Shown: positions 37,061-47,048, counted from the stretch's first letter. The stretch is 64,000 bases of DNA from Candidatus Kuenenbacteria bacterium (GCA_013202715.1 JABMRF010000023.1:2327-66326), one strand, 5' to 3'. A program made the numbers and translations. The notes: a model not told the origin generated them from the sequence alone.

Positions 37061-37678
37061 TTAAATCCCCTTTTTAAACAAACTAATGGCCGCAAATAAT
37101 AAGCTAACGTAAAGTAATACCTGCGCCATAAAAATCATCATTGGCATATGCAAGAAAAAACCGAGCATCAAAAATCCGGCACCAAAACAATGAAAATTCA
37201 TTTTAATTTTCCCCCAAACATTGGCCTGGATAAGAGCATCCTTGTCCTTCAATCTATAAAAAGTTCCGCCCAAAATAAAAGCCAGCTCAAAGGCCAGCAA
37301 CAATATAGTGAGTGGTAGATTAATTTTTAAAAGTAAAACTGCAACCACGATTCCAATCAGCAATTTGTCAGCAATCGGATCCCAAACCTTTCCCCAAGCT
37401 GTAATTTGGTTTCGCACCCGAGCCATTGAGCCATCCAGCATGTCAGTCGTCGCGAGGACAATAAACAGAACGAGAGCAATCATATATTCTTCGCCCAACA
37501 ATAAAACGATCAGTATTGGGGAAAAGATCAACCTTATAAAGGTTAAATGATTTGGCCGGATTGATTTCGGAAAAAACGGCAGAACGTACTTGAGCACGTG
37601 ATCATAAGGTGCAAAAATAATTTCCTCATCAAGAAGAAATTCTTCTTCTTTGTGGTCATTAAAAAATTTCATAGACAA
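37061..37678 (-). CDS. CDP-alcohol phosphatidyltransferase (PgsA-like)
   Basis: PNHLTFIR, TDMLDGSMAR...G..WDPIADK. Confidence 0.92.
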   Translation of the reverse strand: MSMKFFNDHKEEEFLLDEEIIFAPYDHVLKYVLPFFPKSIRPNHLTFIRLIFSPILIVLLLGEEYMIALVLFIVLATTDMLDGSMARVRNQITAWGKVWDPIADKLLIGIVVAVLLLKINLPLTILLLAFELAFILGGTFYRLKDKDALIQANVWGKIKMNFHCFGAGFLMLGFFLHMPMMIFMAQVLLYVSLLFAAISLFKKGI

Positions 37679-37755
37679 GCTTATTAAAACAATATAGCAA
37701 TTTAACAGTTAGACAATAAAATGCCGCGTAGCGGCATCCCGCTACGCGGGACAAT

Positions 37756-38211
37756 TTATCTGTTTTCAGTTTCCCAGTCAAAACCAATTCTCGAATCATC
37801 AAAATCAATTCTTTCCTCATCAGGATTGTTCGGATCATAGGCTTCACTGGTATGATAAAATAATCCAACTTTTTTATTTCCCAAAACTCGGTAACCGTGC
37901 GCAACGCCCGGTGGGATTGAAATCACGACCGGATTGTCTTCACCAGCACAAATAACCTGTGTTTTTCCTTTTGTGGCAGAACTCTCTCTTAGGTCGTGAA
38001 GAACAACTTGAGCCATCCCTTTCACAACGAACCAAACATCCCATTGTCTTTTGTGCCAATGAAAAGCTTTGATCACACCTGGGTGTGTTTCTGTATAGCT
38101 GGTTTGTTTTACTGTCTGAAATGTTTCCTCCCCCTCCTTGATAACTTCTGCAAAAAATCCTCGGTCATCGCAGAATTTTTTCAGTTGTTTGATTTTTACA
38201 TCTTGAATCAT
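37756..38211 (-). CDS. rmlC: dTDP-4-dehydrorhamnose 3,5-epimerase family
   Basis: DDRGFF, GVIKAFHWH, IPPGVAHGY. Confidence 0.9.
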   Translation of the reverse strand: MIQDVKIKQLKKFCDDRGFFAEVIKEGEETFQTVKQTSYTETHPGVIKAFHWHKRQWDVWFVVKGMAQVVLHDLRESSATKGKTQVICAGEDNPVVISIPPGVAHGYRVLGNKKVGLFYHTSEAYDPNNPDEERIDFDDSRIGFDWETENR

Positions 38212-38220
38212 AATTTTTTA

Positions 38221-40329
38221 TTAATTTCCGCCTACGTTAATTCCGCTGATAAAATTCGCTGTAAAGGCAAATTTTTCACCTAGCAGATTTGCGTACTTAT
38301 CAAAAATTCGGACGTGTGGCGCGCCACTTGGTCCGGCACCGGTTATAATATCAGTCTTGCCGTCCCGATTGTAGTCAAATCCGGCAACTGATACTCCACC
38401 ACGAAAATTTGTACCGTAAGCCATGAAACTTGCTAAACGAACACCGGCAGAATTAAACGCTTGGACATGCGGACCACCGCCATTGCCAGCACCTGTTATT
38501 ATATCTAAAATACCGTCATTGTCAATGTCTCCAAGACCAATATTCACTCCGCCTAAAAATTGTGGGGAATAAACTACGTGACTGGTTTTCAAGTTTCCCT
38601 GGCCATCAAAGATTTTAACTTTTGGCAAAATTCCGTGGCGCGGAGCGACGATTATCTCAATTTCATTATCGCCATCAACATCACCGACGGCAACATTCAA
38701 TCCTTCTTTGTAACTCTTATTAAAAGCATAAAATTCTTTTTTTAATTTTCCATCCTGATCAAATATTTTTATGACCGGATCATAATTCGATTGAGGAGCA
38801 ACTACAAGTTCCACTTTCCCGTCATTATCCACGTCACCGGCAGAAACATTTACACCACCACGAAACTCAGTTGGAAACGCGAGAAAACTGCTGAACATTT
38901 TTTCATTCATATCCACAGCCCGCACATAAGGTTTGTCACCCTTGACCGTTCCGGTTACAATATCTTGTAATCCATCGAGGTTTAAATCAGCCAATTGAAA
39001 ATTCATCCCATGATATTTTGAGCTGGAAAAAAGACTGATCGTTTTCTGCACATTGAACTCGGAATCAAAAACCGTAATGCTGGCACTTTTGTCAGACTGC
39101 CCGGAAACAAAAATCTGGGCGTTTGTATTTATATTTACTATTGGAGTTGATACTACCGGTGGAGTAGTTGTAGCGGGAGCCGGAGTGCTTACGGCCGGAG
39201 GAGTACTTACTACTGACGTTGAGCTTCCTCCGATGGCTCTTTCGATCGCTTTTCTAATATTTAATAATCCTTTACCCGCTTTATTTTTGTACTTTAAATC
39301 TTGTAAAAACAGAACACTGCTCTCTTCTGTTATAATCTCAATAATCTGTTTCGGAGTTAATGACGGATCAACTGATTTCAACAAGGCCGCAGCGCCAGAT
39401 ACCAATGCGACAGAAAAAGAAGTTCCGTTCCAGCCCTCAGAATAATACTCCTTGAAATCATTATAACTATTATCCTGATAAAGCAAGCTCACGACATCTT
39501 CGCCAGGAGCGGCAATATCAATACAACCCTCTCCATAATTTGAAAATGCAGCCACATTGTGTTTTTTTGTACTTGAGAGTACACCCAAAATCCTGTTTAC
39601 AGAAAACTCTTGGTCATAACAAATTGGATAAATAGGATTATTGGTCATATCTGACCCAGAGACTACTCCAGTGTCAGTTACATTTCCGGCCGCAGCAACA
39701 ATTAAAACTCCATTATTATAAGCATTAACAATACTCCCCCTTAATTTCTCACTATATTCATAACCTCCAAAACTAAAATTAATAATATCAGCTCCGTTTG
39801 CAACTGCATAATCAACCGCCTCGGAAACATTAGTAGAATTACCATAACCCGTTGCATCCAAAACAAGCAGTGGCATTATTTTTACATTGTTTGTAATTCC
39901 TTTTATTCCCTGACCATTGTCATGAATTGCAGAAATTATCCCGGCGACAAAAGTTCCATGATTCACTGCATCGGCATTATAACCACCGGTTAATGTTGGA
40001 TTTGGACTATAATATGAATCAACAAAATTCCAGCCATTTACATCATCAATATATCCATTGTTATCATTATCAACTCTATCACCGACAACCTCATTTGTAT
40101 TTTTCCAAATATTTCCTTTGATATCCGGATGGTTCAAGTCGATTCCAGTATCCAAAACGGCAACCACAACTGAACTGTCTCCCTTTGTAGTTTCCCACGC
40201 TTGCGGTGCTTTGATAGTATCCAAATACCACTGTTTATAATAATAGGGATCGCCAGCTGCTAAACCGGTTTGAGCCATTATAAAACTTAATAAAAACAGA
40301 ACAAAACTACCTTTTAGTAACTTTTTCAT
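38221..40329 (-). CDS. Secreted S8 subtilase with C-terminal FG-GAP repeats
   Basis: Signal peptide; VLDTG, HGTFVAG, GTSFS triad; GDVDNDG repeats. Confidence 0.92.
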   Translation of the reverse strand: MKKLLKGSFVLFLLSFIMAQTGLAAGDPYYYKQWYLDTIKAPQAWETTKGDSSVVVAVLDTGIDLNHPDIKGNIWKNTNEVVGDRVDNDNNGYIDDVNGWNFVDSYYSPNPTLTGGYNADAVNHGTFVAGIISAIHDNGQGIKGITNNVKIMPLLVLDATGYGNSTNVSEAVDYAVANGADIINFSFGGYEYSEKLRGSIVNAYNNGVLIVAAAGNVTDTGVVSGSDMTNNPIYPICYDQEFSVNRILGVLSSTKKHNVAAFSNYGEGCIDIAAPGEDVVSLLYQDNSYNDFKEYYSEGWNGTSFSVALVSGAAALLKSVDPSLTPKQIIEIITEESSVLFLQDLKYKNKAGKGLLNIRKAIERAIGGSSTSVVSTPPAVSTPAPATTTPPVVSTPIVNINTNAQIFVSGQSDKSASITVFDSEFNVQKTISLFSSSKYHGMNFQLADLNLDGLQDIVTGTVKGDKPYVRAVDMNEKMFSSFLAFPTEFRGGVNVSAGDVDNDGKVELVVAPQSNYDPVIKIFDQDGKLKKEFYAFNKSYKEGLNVAVGDVDGDNEIEIIVAPRHGILPKVKIFDGQGNLKTSHVVYSPQFLGGVNIGLGDIDNDGILDIITGAGNGGGPHVQAFNSAGVRLASFMAYGTNFRGGVSVAGFDYNRDGKTDIITGAGPSGAPHVRIFDKYANLLGEKFAFTANFISGINVGGN

Positions 40330-40422
40330 AATTTATCTTAAATTTAATTTAATATTTACCCTAAATTAAGTATAACAAGGGCTGATTACATTATAGCAGA
40401 ATAAAATGAATTTTATAAGTAC

Positions 40423-40451
40423 TTGACAAATCCTTATAAATTTGCAATAAT
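40423..40451 (+). promoter_or_regulatory. sigma70 promoter TTGACA-N17-AATAAT
   Basis: Perfect -35, TG extension. Confidence 0.65.
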
Positions 40452-40485
40452 ATGGGGTGATGCTAATAATTCTGGGAGGTGAATC

Positions 40486-41310
40486 ATGTCATCAACTGAC
40501 AAAAGCACAGGAAATCTTTGCTTTCTGTCAGAATATGACAGATCGCACATTGAAGAAAAAGACCAGGTCACGTCTCCAGAGGAAGGAGTTGTTCTCAACT
40601 TTGGAATTGGAATAAGAATCCAGGGATACAAACCTAGAGTAGAGGAAACTTCATCGCAGGCTGAGCAGGTTCTGGATGAATATATTGAAAGCTTGCGCTA
40701 CAAAACGGACGTAAAAACCTGGGCAGGGAAAAAACTTGTAATGCCCGTTATTTCTTCCAAGGGAATTAAGGTTTTGCGTCAGGCTATCAAACAGCTGCTT
40801 TTGCTGTTTCCAATCATGGACACCATTGAAATGGTGCGATGTGAATTCGACGCAAAGCTTCTTCCAGGCGGTGCACCAAAACCTCTCAAGCGAAATATTG
40901 CTGAAGAGGAAAGAACCCTTTGGGAGACGACAAGGATAACCGGTAATCGCTTGATTCCGGGCTTTGATCTGGATAAAGCATTGAGCCATTTTACCGTTCC
41001 TGTTGATGAAAGGAAAAAACGCGTTTTCTTTTTGAAGCCGGAACATAAAATCGACATGAACACTCCCGCAGTGCCATATGAACAGGCACAGGCAGAAGTT
41101 TTCTTCTGGCTCATCGTACGTATGTTCAGGTATCAGCATGAGATCAATTCAGCAGAAAGAAAAAAGCAACGCATGCTGGAAAGGCGGCATCAAGAGTTAG
41201 TAACTTTATTGACTGCTAAGGTCAATGTTCCCAAAGAAAAAAATCTCCTCAAGAGACTTCTCCAGGAGATCATAACTCCATTCCGAAGGAATTGGAAAAT
41301 CAGCGACTAA
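40486..41310 (+). CDS. Hypothetical protein
   Basis: GGGAGGTG SD, own promoter and terminator (41309-41343). Confidence 0.75.
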   Translation: MSSTDKSTGNLCFLSEYDRSHIEEKDQVTSPEEGVVLNFGIGIRIQGYKPRVEETSSQAEQVLDEYIESLRYKTDVKTWAGKKLVMPVISSKGIKVLRQAIKQLLLLFPIMDTIEMVRCEFDAKLLPGGAPKPLKRNIAEEERTLWETTRITGNRLIPGFDLDKALSHFTVPVDERKKRVFFLKPEHKIDMNTPAVPYEQAQAEVFFWLIVRMFRYQHEINSAERKKQRMLERRHQELVTLLTAKVNVPKEKNLLKRLLQEIITPFRRNWKISD

Positions 41311-41357
41311 AAAGCCCCTCGCAACGCAGGGGCTCTTTTTTTTCCATGGAACGCGCA

Positions 41358-41467
41358 AAACCTCCCCCAACCCCCTCCTTTTAAAGGAGGGGGCTAAGAC
41401 CAATTTGCAAATAAACCTAGAGATGCAAAAGTCCTCCTCTTGGCAAGGGGAGGATTTAGATGGGGTT
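41358..41467. repeat. REPIN-like inverted pair of CCCCTCCTT..AAGGAGGGG hairpins
   Basis: aacctcccccaaccccctccttttaaaggaggggg ... tcctcctcttggcaaggggaggatttagatgggg. Confidence 0.65.
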
Positions 41468-41509
41468 ATGTGTTAGATTTAGCCCGGCGTTACCCCGAAG
41501 ACTTCGATC

Positions 41510-43252
41510 CTAAACCTTCTCTGCATTCTCCTTTACCACCAACTCTACAAACTCTTCAGTCGGACGAGGACCAAGATCACCTTCCCCTCTTTTCCGAACC
41601 GCAACAGTTTTATCGGCAACTTCTTTTTCACCGACAACTAATATATATGGGATTTTGGTTTTTTCTCCGTTTCTAATTCGCTTTGGTAAAGATTCACTAT
41701 CATTATCAACATAAACACGCAACCCTTTAGCAACTAAATTCTCTTTTACTTCTTTTGCGTACTCATCAAATTTTTCTGATACCGGTAATATTCTAATTTG
41801 CTCTGGTGACAACCATACTGGAAATGCGCCACCATAATGCTCAATTAAAATTCCAGTAAATCTCTCAAAAGAACCAAAGATAGCAGCATGAATCATAGCT
41901 GGAGTTTGCGACTTACCGGTTTTATCAATATACTCAATACCAAACCGTCCTGCTAATTGAAAATCAAGCTGGATAGTAGCAACCTGCCAGGTACGACCGA
42001 AAACATCTTTCATATTAACATCTATTTTCGGGCCATAAAAAGCACCGTCCCCTTCCTTGATCCCATAAGTTTCAATACCTTCCTTTTCTAATGCTTTACG
42101 CAAATCAGATTCGGCTACATCCCAGGTTTTAGCTTCACCCATAAAATCATCTGGCCTGGTCGAAAGAAAAAATTCTGGTTCAAGATTAAAAACAGCATAA
42201 TACTCTTTTACCATACGAATAAGACTGGCAATTTCTTCTTCAACCTGGTCGTAAGTCATAAAAATATGCGCATCATCTTGTGTAATTCCTCTAACTCTAA
42301 ACAAACCATTTAATTCTCCTGATTTTTCATTACGGAATACTCGCCCGATTTCAGTATATCGCAAAGGCAACTCTCGATAAGAACGAGGCTTTGTCTTATA
42401 AATCAAAATATTAAACGGGCAATCCATTGGCTTCAAACAATAAGTCTGATCCTCTACATCAAATACAAACATATCATTTTTATAATGATCCCAGTGTCCT
42501 GAAGTAATCCACATATCATTCTTAGCCATCATTGGAGTTTGAATTTCGACGCTACCATATTTTTTACGTAATTCTTTTCCAAGCTTCTCTAATTCATTCC
42601 AAATGACCATACCTTTTGGATGCCAAAACACCATACCTGGAGATTCAGGGTGAAAAGAAAACAAATCCAACTCTTTACCTAATTTCCGATGATCTCTTTT
42701 TTCCGCTTCTTCAAGCATTTTAAAATAATCTTCAATTTCTTCTCTGGTTTCAAATGCCAGGCCGTAAATTCTCTGCAACATTTTATTTTTCTCATCGCCT
42801 CTCCAATACGCGCCGGCCACTTTTTGCAATTTAAAAGCGCCAACTTCTTTTGTTGAAGCAGTATGAGGGCCTCGACACATGTCCACAAAAACTTCCTTGC
42901 CTTCCTTATCAATGTTTTTGTAAAAACTGATTTCTTTTTCACCTTCTTTTTCAAGATCATCGATCATTTCTACCTTGTAAGGGTTATCAGCCACCAGCTT
43001 TTTTGCTTCTGCAATTGATAAACTGAACTGTTCAAACTTTTGATCTCTACCAACCAATTTCCGCATTTCTTTTTCAATCTTTTTTAGATCTGCTTTGGAA
43101 AATGATTCTTCTCCGAGATCAAAATCATAGTAAAAGCCATTTTCAATTGCCGGCCCGATTGCCAGCTTCACATTTGGGTAAAGCTTCAATACTGCCTGCG
43201 CCATTACGTGACTAAGTGAATGTCGCATTACTTCTAATTGTTCTTTGTCCAT
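41510..43252 (-). CDS. thrS: Threonine--tRNA ligase
   Basis: RHSLSH editing motif, DMCRGPH, KRDHRKLG, KPMDCP, GAFYGPKID, TIQLDFQL. Confidence 0.98.
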   Translation of the reverse strand: MDKEQLEVMRHSLSHVMAQAVLKLYPNVKLAIGPAIENGFYYDFDLGEESFSKADLKKIEKEMRKLVGRDQKFEQFSLSIAEAKKLVADNPYKVEMIDDLEKEGEKEISFYKNIDKEGKEVFVDMCRGPHTASTKEVGAFKLQKVAGAYWRGDEKNKMLQRIYGLAFETREEIEDYFKMLEEAEKRDHRKLGKELDLFSFHPESPGMVFWHPKGMVIWNELEKLGKELRKKYGSVEIQTPMMAKNDMWITSGHWDHYKNDMFVFDVEDQTYCLKPMDCPFNILIYKTKPRSYRELPLRYTEIGRVFRNEKSGELNGLFRVRGITQDDAHIFMTYDQVEEEIASLIRMVKEYYAVFNLEPEFFLSTRPDDFMGEAKTWDVAESDLRKALEKEGIETYGIKEGDGAFYGPKIDVNMKDVFGRTWQVATIQLDFQLAGRFGIEYIDKTGKSQTPAMIHAAIFGSFERFTGILIEHYGGAFPVWLSPEQIRILPVSEKFDEYAKEVKENLVAKGLRVYVDNDSESLPKRIRNGEKTKIPYILVVGEKEVADKTVAVRKRGEGDLGPRPTEEFVELVVKENAEKV

Positions 43253-43257
43253 ATAAT

Positions 43258-43289
43258 TATTTGTATTATGGTAAACGTATTATGTATTA
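43258..43289. repeat. 32-bp direct repeat copy 1 (thrS leader)
   Basis: tatttgtattatggtaaaCgtattatgtatta; 31/32 identical to 43735-43766. Confidence 0.85.
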
Positions 43290-43372
43290 CGTATTATGTA
43301 TTACGTATCATGGGTTAATTAAAATTTTACTGCACTTTTTATCAGACCATTAGTTATCTTATGAATTAAGAT

Positions 43373-43729
43373 TTAAATTGGCTCGGTGTGTTCAAGAAAA
43401 ATTCTTTTTTCAAAACCACCTCTAGTTTTTTTTCGCTTTTGCTTTATTTCATCAACTTCTTCTTGTGTGATGTCATTAGCTTTCATTATGGCCTCCAAAA
43501 CTTCTAATACATCTCCTATTTCCTTCATTCTCTCTTCTTTATCCTTGGCTCCTTGTACTTCATTTACTTCTTCAAGAAGTTTTATCAATAAAGCTTGTTT
43601 GTATTCTTCCTGTTCTAATATCCTCGTCTCTGCCATATGATCATCAGCTTCAATTATTTCAGGAATTTTATCCCGAACTAATTTTTTATAAACCTTTCTG
43701 TTTGGATTTTCTCCTTTGAATTCATGCAT
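43373..43729 (-). CDS. All-alpha NTP pyrophosphohydrolase (MazG/HisE-like, COG4997-type)
   Basis: YKKLVRDKIPEII, KLLEEVNE, EIGDVLEV, RGGFEKRIFL. Confidence 0.9.
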   Translation of the reverse strand: MHEFKGENPNRKVYKKLVRDKIPEIIEADDHMAETRILEQEEYKQALLIKLLEEVNEVQGAKDKEERMKEIGDVLEVLEAIMKANDITQEEVDEIKQKRKKTRGGFEKRIFLEHTEPI

Positions 43730-43734
43730 ATAGG

Positions 43735-43766
43735 TATTTGTATTATGGTAAATGTATTATGTATTA
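43735..43766. repeat. 32-bp direct repeat copy 2
   Basis: tatttgtattatggtaaaTgtattatgtatta. Confidence 0.85.
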
Positions 43767-43788
43767 TGGATTACGCTTATAGCATTCT

Positions 43789-44226
43789 TCATTTCTCTAG
43801 AAGAAAAGTCGACGGCCCGTCATTTACAAGCTTCACCTGCATGTAAGCGCCAAATTCCCCACTTTCAACTTTAATATTTTTGGTTTTTAATTTTTCAATA
43901 AATTTATTGTACAGTTCCTCCGCTTTTTCAGGTCCGGCAGATGCAAAAAAGTCAGGTCGCCTTCCCTTTTCGCAATTGCCGTACAGCGTGAATTGCGAAA
44001 TCACCAGAACTTCACCGTCAACTTCTAACAAGGACTTGTCAAAATGTTTATCTTCAACAGGAAATACTCGCATATTAATTAGTTTTTCAACCAAGAAATC
44101 AACTTCCGCTTCAAAATCTTCTTTTCCAACTCCCAGGAAAACTAAAAGTCCGCTGCCGATTTGTCCGACAACTTTACTCTCAACTTCAACTGAAGCTGAA
44201 GTTACTCTTTGTAATAAAATTTTCAT
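43789..44226 (-). CDS. dtd: D-aminoacyl-tRNA deacylase
   Basis: MKILLQRV, SQFTL, KGRRP, NDGP. Confidence 0.96.
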   Translation of the reverse strand: MKILLQRVTSASVEVESKVVGQIGSGLLVFLGVGKEDFEAEVDFLVEKLINMRVFPVEDKHFDKSLLEVDGEVLVISQFTLYGNCEKGRRPDFFASAGPEKAEELYNKFIEKLKTKNIKVESGEFGAYMQVKLVNDGPSTFLLEK

Positions 44227-44343
44227 ATTAAATAATTTCCGCCCCACTTTCTGCGACCGACGTAATTTTATATGAAGGCGGTAGTGGGCTTTTCTGAACT
44301 ATGCGTTGAACTGACTAGAAGTCAGGCAGAAATTTTTTTATTC

Positions 44344-44522
44344 AAACAAAAACCCAAGGCATATACCTTGGGACCTGAACAAATTCAGGCGGTTCCACCC
44401 AAGTTCTTCGGACAAACAAACGCCAAAGCTCTTAATTTATTAAATTGTCCTCACAAACTTAGTTAACCACGACAGTTAAATCCACAAAGGTATCTGGTTG
44501 GTAGCCAGACCAATCATCTGTG
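44344..44522 (-). promoter_or_regulatory. T-box riboswitch (Thr, ACC specifier) with antiterminator/terminator
   Basis: AACTTGGG-TGGAACC-GCCTGAA..TTCAGGT-CCCAAG antiterminator; overlapping terminator CCCAAGG-tatatg-CCTTGGG-TTTTT; short stem I containing ACC; upstream of the thrS operon. Confidence 0.85.
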
Positions 44523-44531
44523 ATTATATTA

Positions 44532-44559
44532 AGTATAACATTACTAAAATGAATGTCAA
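44532..44559 (-). promoter_or_regulatory. Promoter TTGACA-N16-TATACT (extended -10) for the T-box leader
   Basis: Start site falls just before stem I. Confidence 0.7.
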
Positions 44560-44620
44560 CAAAAAAACCAGGCTTATTAAACCTGGTTGTGTTCGATTTC
44601 ACAAGACTTCTCTAGGAAGT

Positions 44621-46054
44621 CTAAAGAATGAAACAATCAAGACAAAGGCGCCTCGCTGAAAACATAAACTCCTTTGCTACGTCCGAAGGCAGATTAAACC
44701 TACAGCTATCAACGCCTAGCAATTCAGCAATCTCTTCATCAGTTCTAATTTTACCGTCAGGGCCAAGCGCAACGAGGTCATTCTTCACTCTATTGGCTTT
44801 TCCCCACGGACAAACATTGACCAATTTCGGACTAGAAATTCTAGCGTGGACTTCTCTAAGGCCAATCGCTTTCAACTTTGGTAGCAAATCACCAGAGGTT
44901 TGTGTGCCTCGAACAATAGAATCATCATAAAAAGCCACAACCGCATTTTCGTAATTTCCTTCCAAAATCGGCAGTAACTTTTTCAATGCTTCCAGTTTTC
45001 TTCTTTCTCTGTCAACTTCTGTGAAACTTCTGCCAGCATAAGGATACTTGCACAAAATTTCGTCATAAAACGGGATTCTTGCTCCAGGATTTTCTCTTGC
45101 ATTACGAACGTATTCTTGGTGAGCACCAATTGCGTGAAACCGACCTGAGTCTGGTACAGGAATTATCACGTCCGGAAAAAACCCTTGTTCAATATCAAGT
45201 CTAGCCAGTCTTGCTCCCAATCGTCTCCTGGCTTCAGCTGCAGACAATCCCTCCATAACTGCACCGGGATTACTGGTATAAATCCATTTAAAAGAACACG
45301 GCTGGGATTCCTCAGCTCTGTCTAATGCAATTTTGCCAAGCAATCTGCAACTACCGCTCTCAAGTACAACCACTTCTCCTGGATCAAGGTCTCGTTGATA
45401 AACAAAGCCTTGATTATAAATTCCACAGGAATCTGAAACAGCTACAATTGAACCATCTTTTTCACCGATTACAACTGATTCGTGAGCATCATGACCTCTT
45501 GCTACATAAATTCCATTCGCTGTAAGAATTGCAATAGCGTAAGATCCTCTCATTTTTTCAGCCATATGACCGATACCATTCATAAAGTTCCAATCGTGAT
45601 CTTTTTCATGATCCCAAGTTGCGTCAACAATCAGCTGAGCCAAGAGAAAAGCGTCATCGTCTCTCTCAAAAACTCGGTTTTGCCCAATAAAATAACTAAG
45701 CAGTTCTTCTCTATTACCTATTCTACCAGCAAAGCAAATAGCAAAAGGAGGAAAGCAGGATGACTTTGCAAAATACGGTTCACGAACACTTGAGCTGATG
45801 TGTCCGAGGCCCAGAGGACCTGAAAACCCCGCTAAATCATTAGCAAAGGTTTCCCTCAGAAGACCGCGATGAGTTCTAAGTAGAAACTCACCACCATTAT
45901 CAACAGTAACTAAACCTGCATACTGCTGACCAAAGTGTTGTTGGTAAAAAGTTGTCCAAAATAGATCCTGAACAAAAGATTGATCCCGTTCTTCATCAGG
46001 ACTATCCTGACAATAACGCTTCGGATCAATACTCATTGCCACAATTCCGCTCAT
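44621..46054 (-). CDS. Amidophosphoribosyltransferase (PurF)-like protein, Ser in place of catalytic Cys1
   Basis: GGAGG SD then MSGIV; QQHFGQ, PVPDSG, YDDSIVRGTQ PRPP loop; Fe-S cysteines QPCSF, VCPW, CLDC. Confidence 0.85.
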   Translation of the reverse strand: MSGIVAMSIDPKRYCQDSPDEERDQSFVQDLFWTTFYQQHFGQQYAGLVTVDNGGEFLLRTHRGLLRETFANDLAGFSGPLGLGHISSSVREPYFAKSSCFPPFAICFAGRIGNREELLSYFIGQNRVFERDDDAFLLAQLIVDATWDHEKDHDWNFMNGIGHMAEKMRGSYAIAILTANGIYVARGHDAHESVVIGEKDGSIVAVSDSCGIYNQGFVYQRDLDPGEVVVLESGSCRLLGKIALDRAEESQPCSFKWIYTSNPGAVMEGLSAAEARRRLGARLARLDIEQGFFPDVIIPVPDSGRFHAIGAHQEYVRNARENPGARIPFYDEILCKYPYAGRSFTEVDRERRKLEALKKLLPILEGNYENAVVAFYDDSIVRGTQTSGDLLPKLKAIGLREVHARISSPKLVNVCPWGKANRVKNDLVALGPDGKIRTDEEIAELLGVDSCRFNLPSDVAKEFMFSARRLCLDCFIL

Positions 46055-46191
46055 CAAAGCCTCCACTTTGGCAAAAAGAAGAAAACACGGAACAAATTAA
46101 TTTTAACTCTATGAAGCGATAATGTCAAATCTCGATTATGATTTAATAAATAAAAAAGGAGCCTCGCATTGCGGGGCTCATACTTTGCTAT

Positions 46192-46605
46192 TTAGTACTG
46201 TCCTGGAGGAAACCCCCTCTTTGGTTCTTCATCACTCTTAACGTCTGGCACTGAGTGCTCACCCGATGTGGCATTGTCTCTGACAGCCTTGATGAATCCG
46301 GCGCCACCTCTACTACCATGAAAGAGCACTGATGCTTCATCATAGCCAGACAGCTTCATCAAACCCTTAATCTGAGTACGTAATCTAATGATGTCTTGCT
46401 CGGCCAACACAATATAAGTATCATTATCAAAACTCTTCTTTTCAACTGCTCTAAATCTCAGACCAGTAAAAACCACAGCAACCACAAAGAGAATAGCAAG
46501 GCAAATAAAATAGGTCTTGTATACACTCAACAAACCGCGCATTCGATTCCATTCAACCACATTGACTTTGACAAATTCCTGACCTTTTATTTCCGTTGGC
46601 CCCAT
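46192..46605 (-). CDS. Hypothetical single-TM protein
   Basis: AGGAGG SD; TM helix. Confidence 0.7.
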   Translation of the reverse strand: MGPTEIKGQEFVKVNVVEWNRMRGLLSVYKTYFICLAILFVVAVVFTGLRFRAVEKKSFDNDTYIVLAEQDIIRLRTQIKGLMKLSGYDEASVLFHGSRGGAGFIKAVRDNATSGEHSVPDVKSDEEPKRGFPPGQY

Positions 46606-46630
46606 GCTTCTCCTCCTGTTATTTATTGGC

Positions 46631-46930
46631 CTAATTAATCAAAACATCAGTTGATGGAACCTTTGCTACTTCAGCTAATTCTTCTGCATCTGCAGTCTCG
46701 CTATCAAAGCAAGTCTCACAGAGAAGAACCAGTTTTCTGATTTTCTCGTCAAAGGTCACGAGAAAATCACTATCCGGAACACAAAGAGCGACTTTATTAC
46801 ATCTACTACAGCGACAATATTTAAATCCGCGCTTTGCTCTGGCTTCACTTGAAATATCAGGTTGCCAAAAAGGATTTTTACGGGTGCCAACACCATCAGA
46901 AGATCGTTCTTGTTTTTCTTTTTTTGGCAT
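46631..46930 (-). CDS. Hypothetical Zn-finger-like protein
   Basis: CRCSRC...CETC; promoter TTGACA-N17-TAAATT at 46969-46997. Confidence 0.65.
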   Translation of the reverse strand: MPKKEKQERSSDGVGTRKNPFWQPDISSEARAKRGFKYCRCSRCNKVALCVPDSDFLVTFDEKIRKLVLLCETCFDSETADAEELAEVAKVPSTDVLIN

Positions 46931-47048
46931 TACAACCTCACTGCCTATGCACTGTTACCACAGATATAAATTTAGCTCAAATTAATGGCTTTGTCAAGTC
47001 TATTTTCTGATAAAAAAGAGCCAGTCGTTGACTAGCTCATTATTCATT

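Noticed and set aside
44272-44466. 64-aa plus-strand ORF
   Set aside because: Antisense to the T-box leader.
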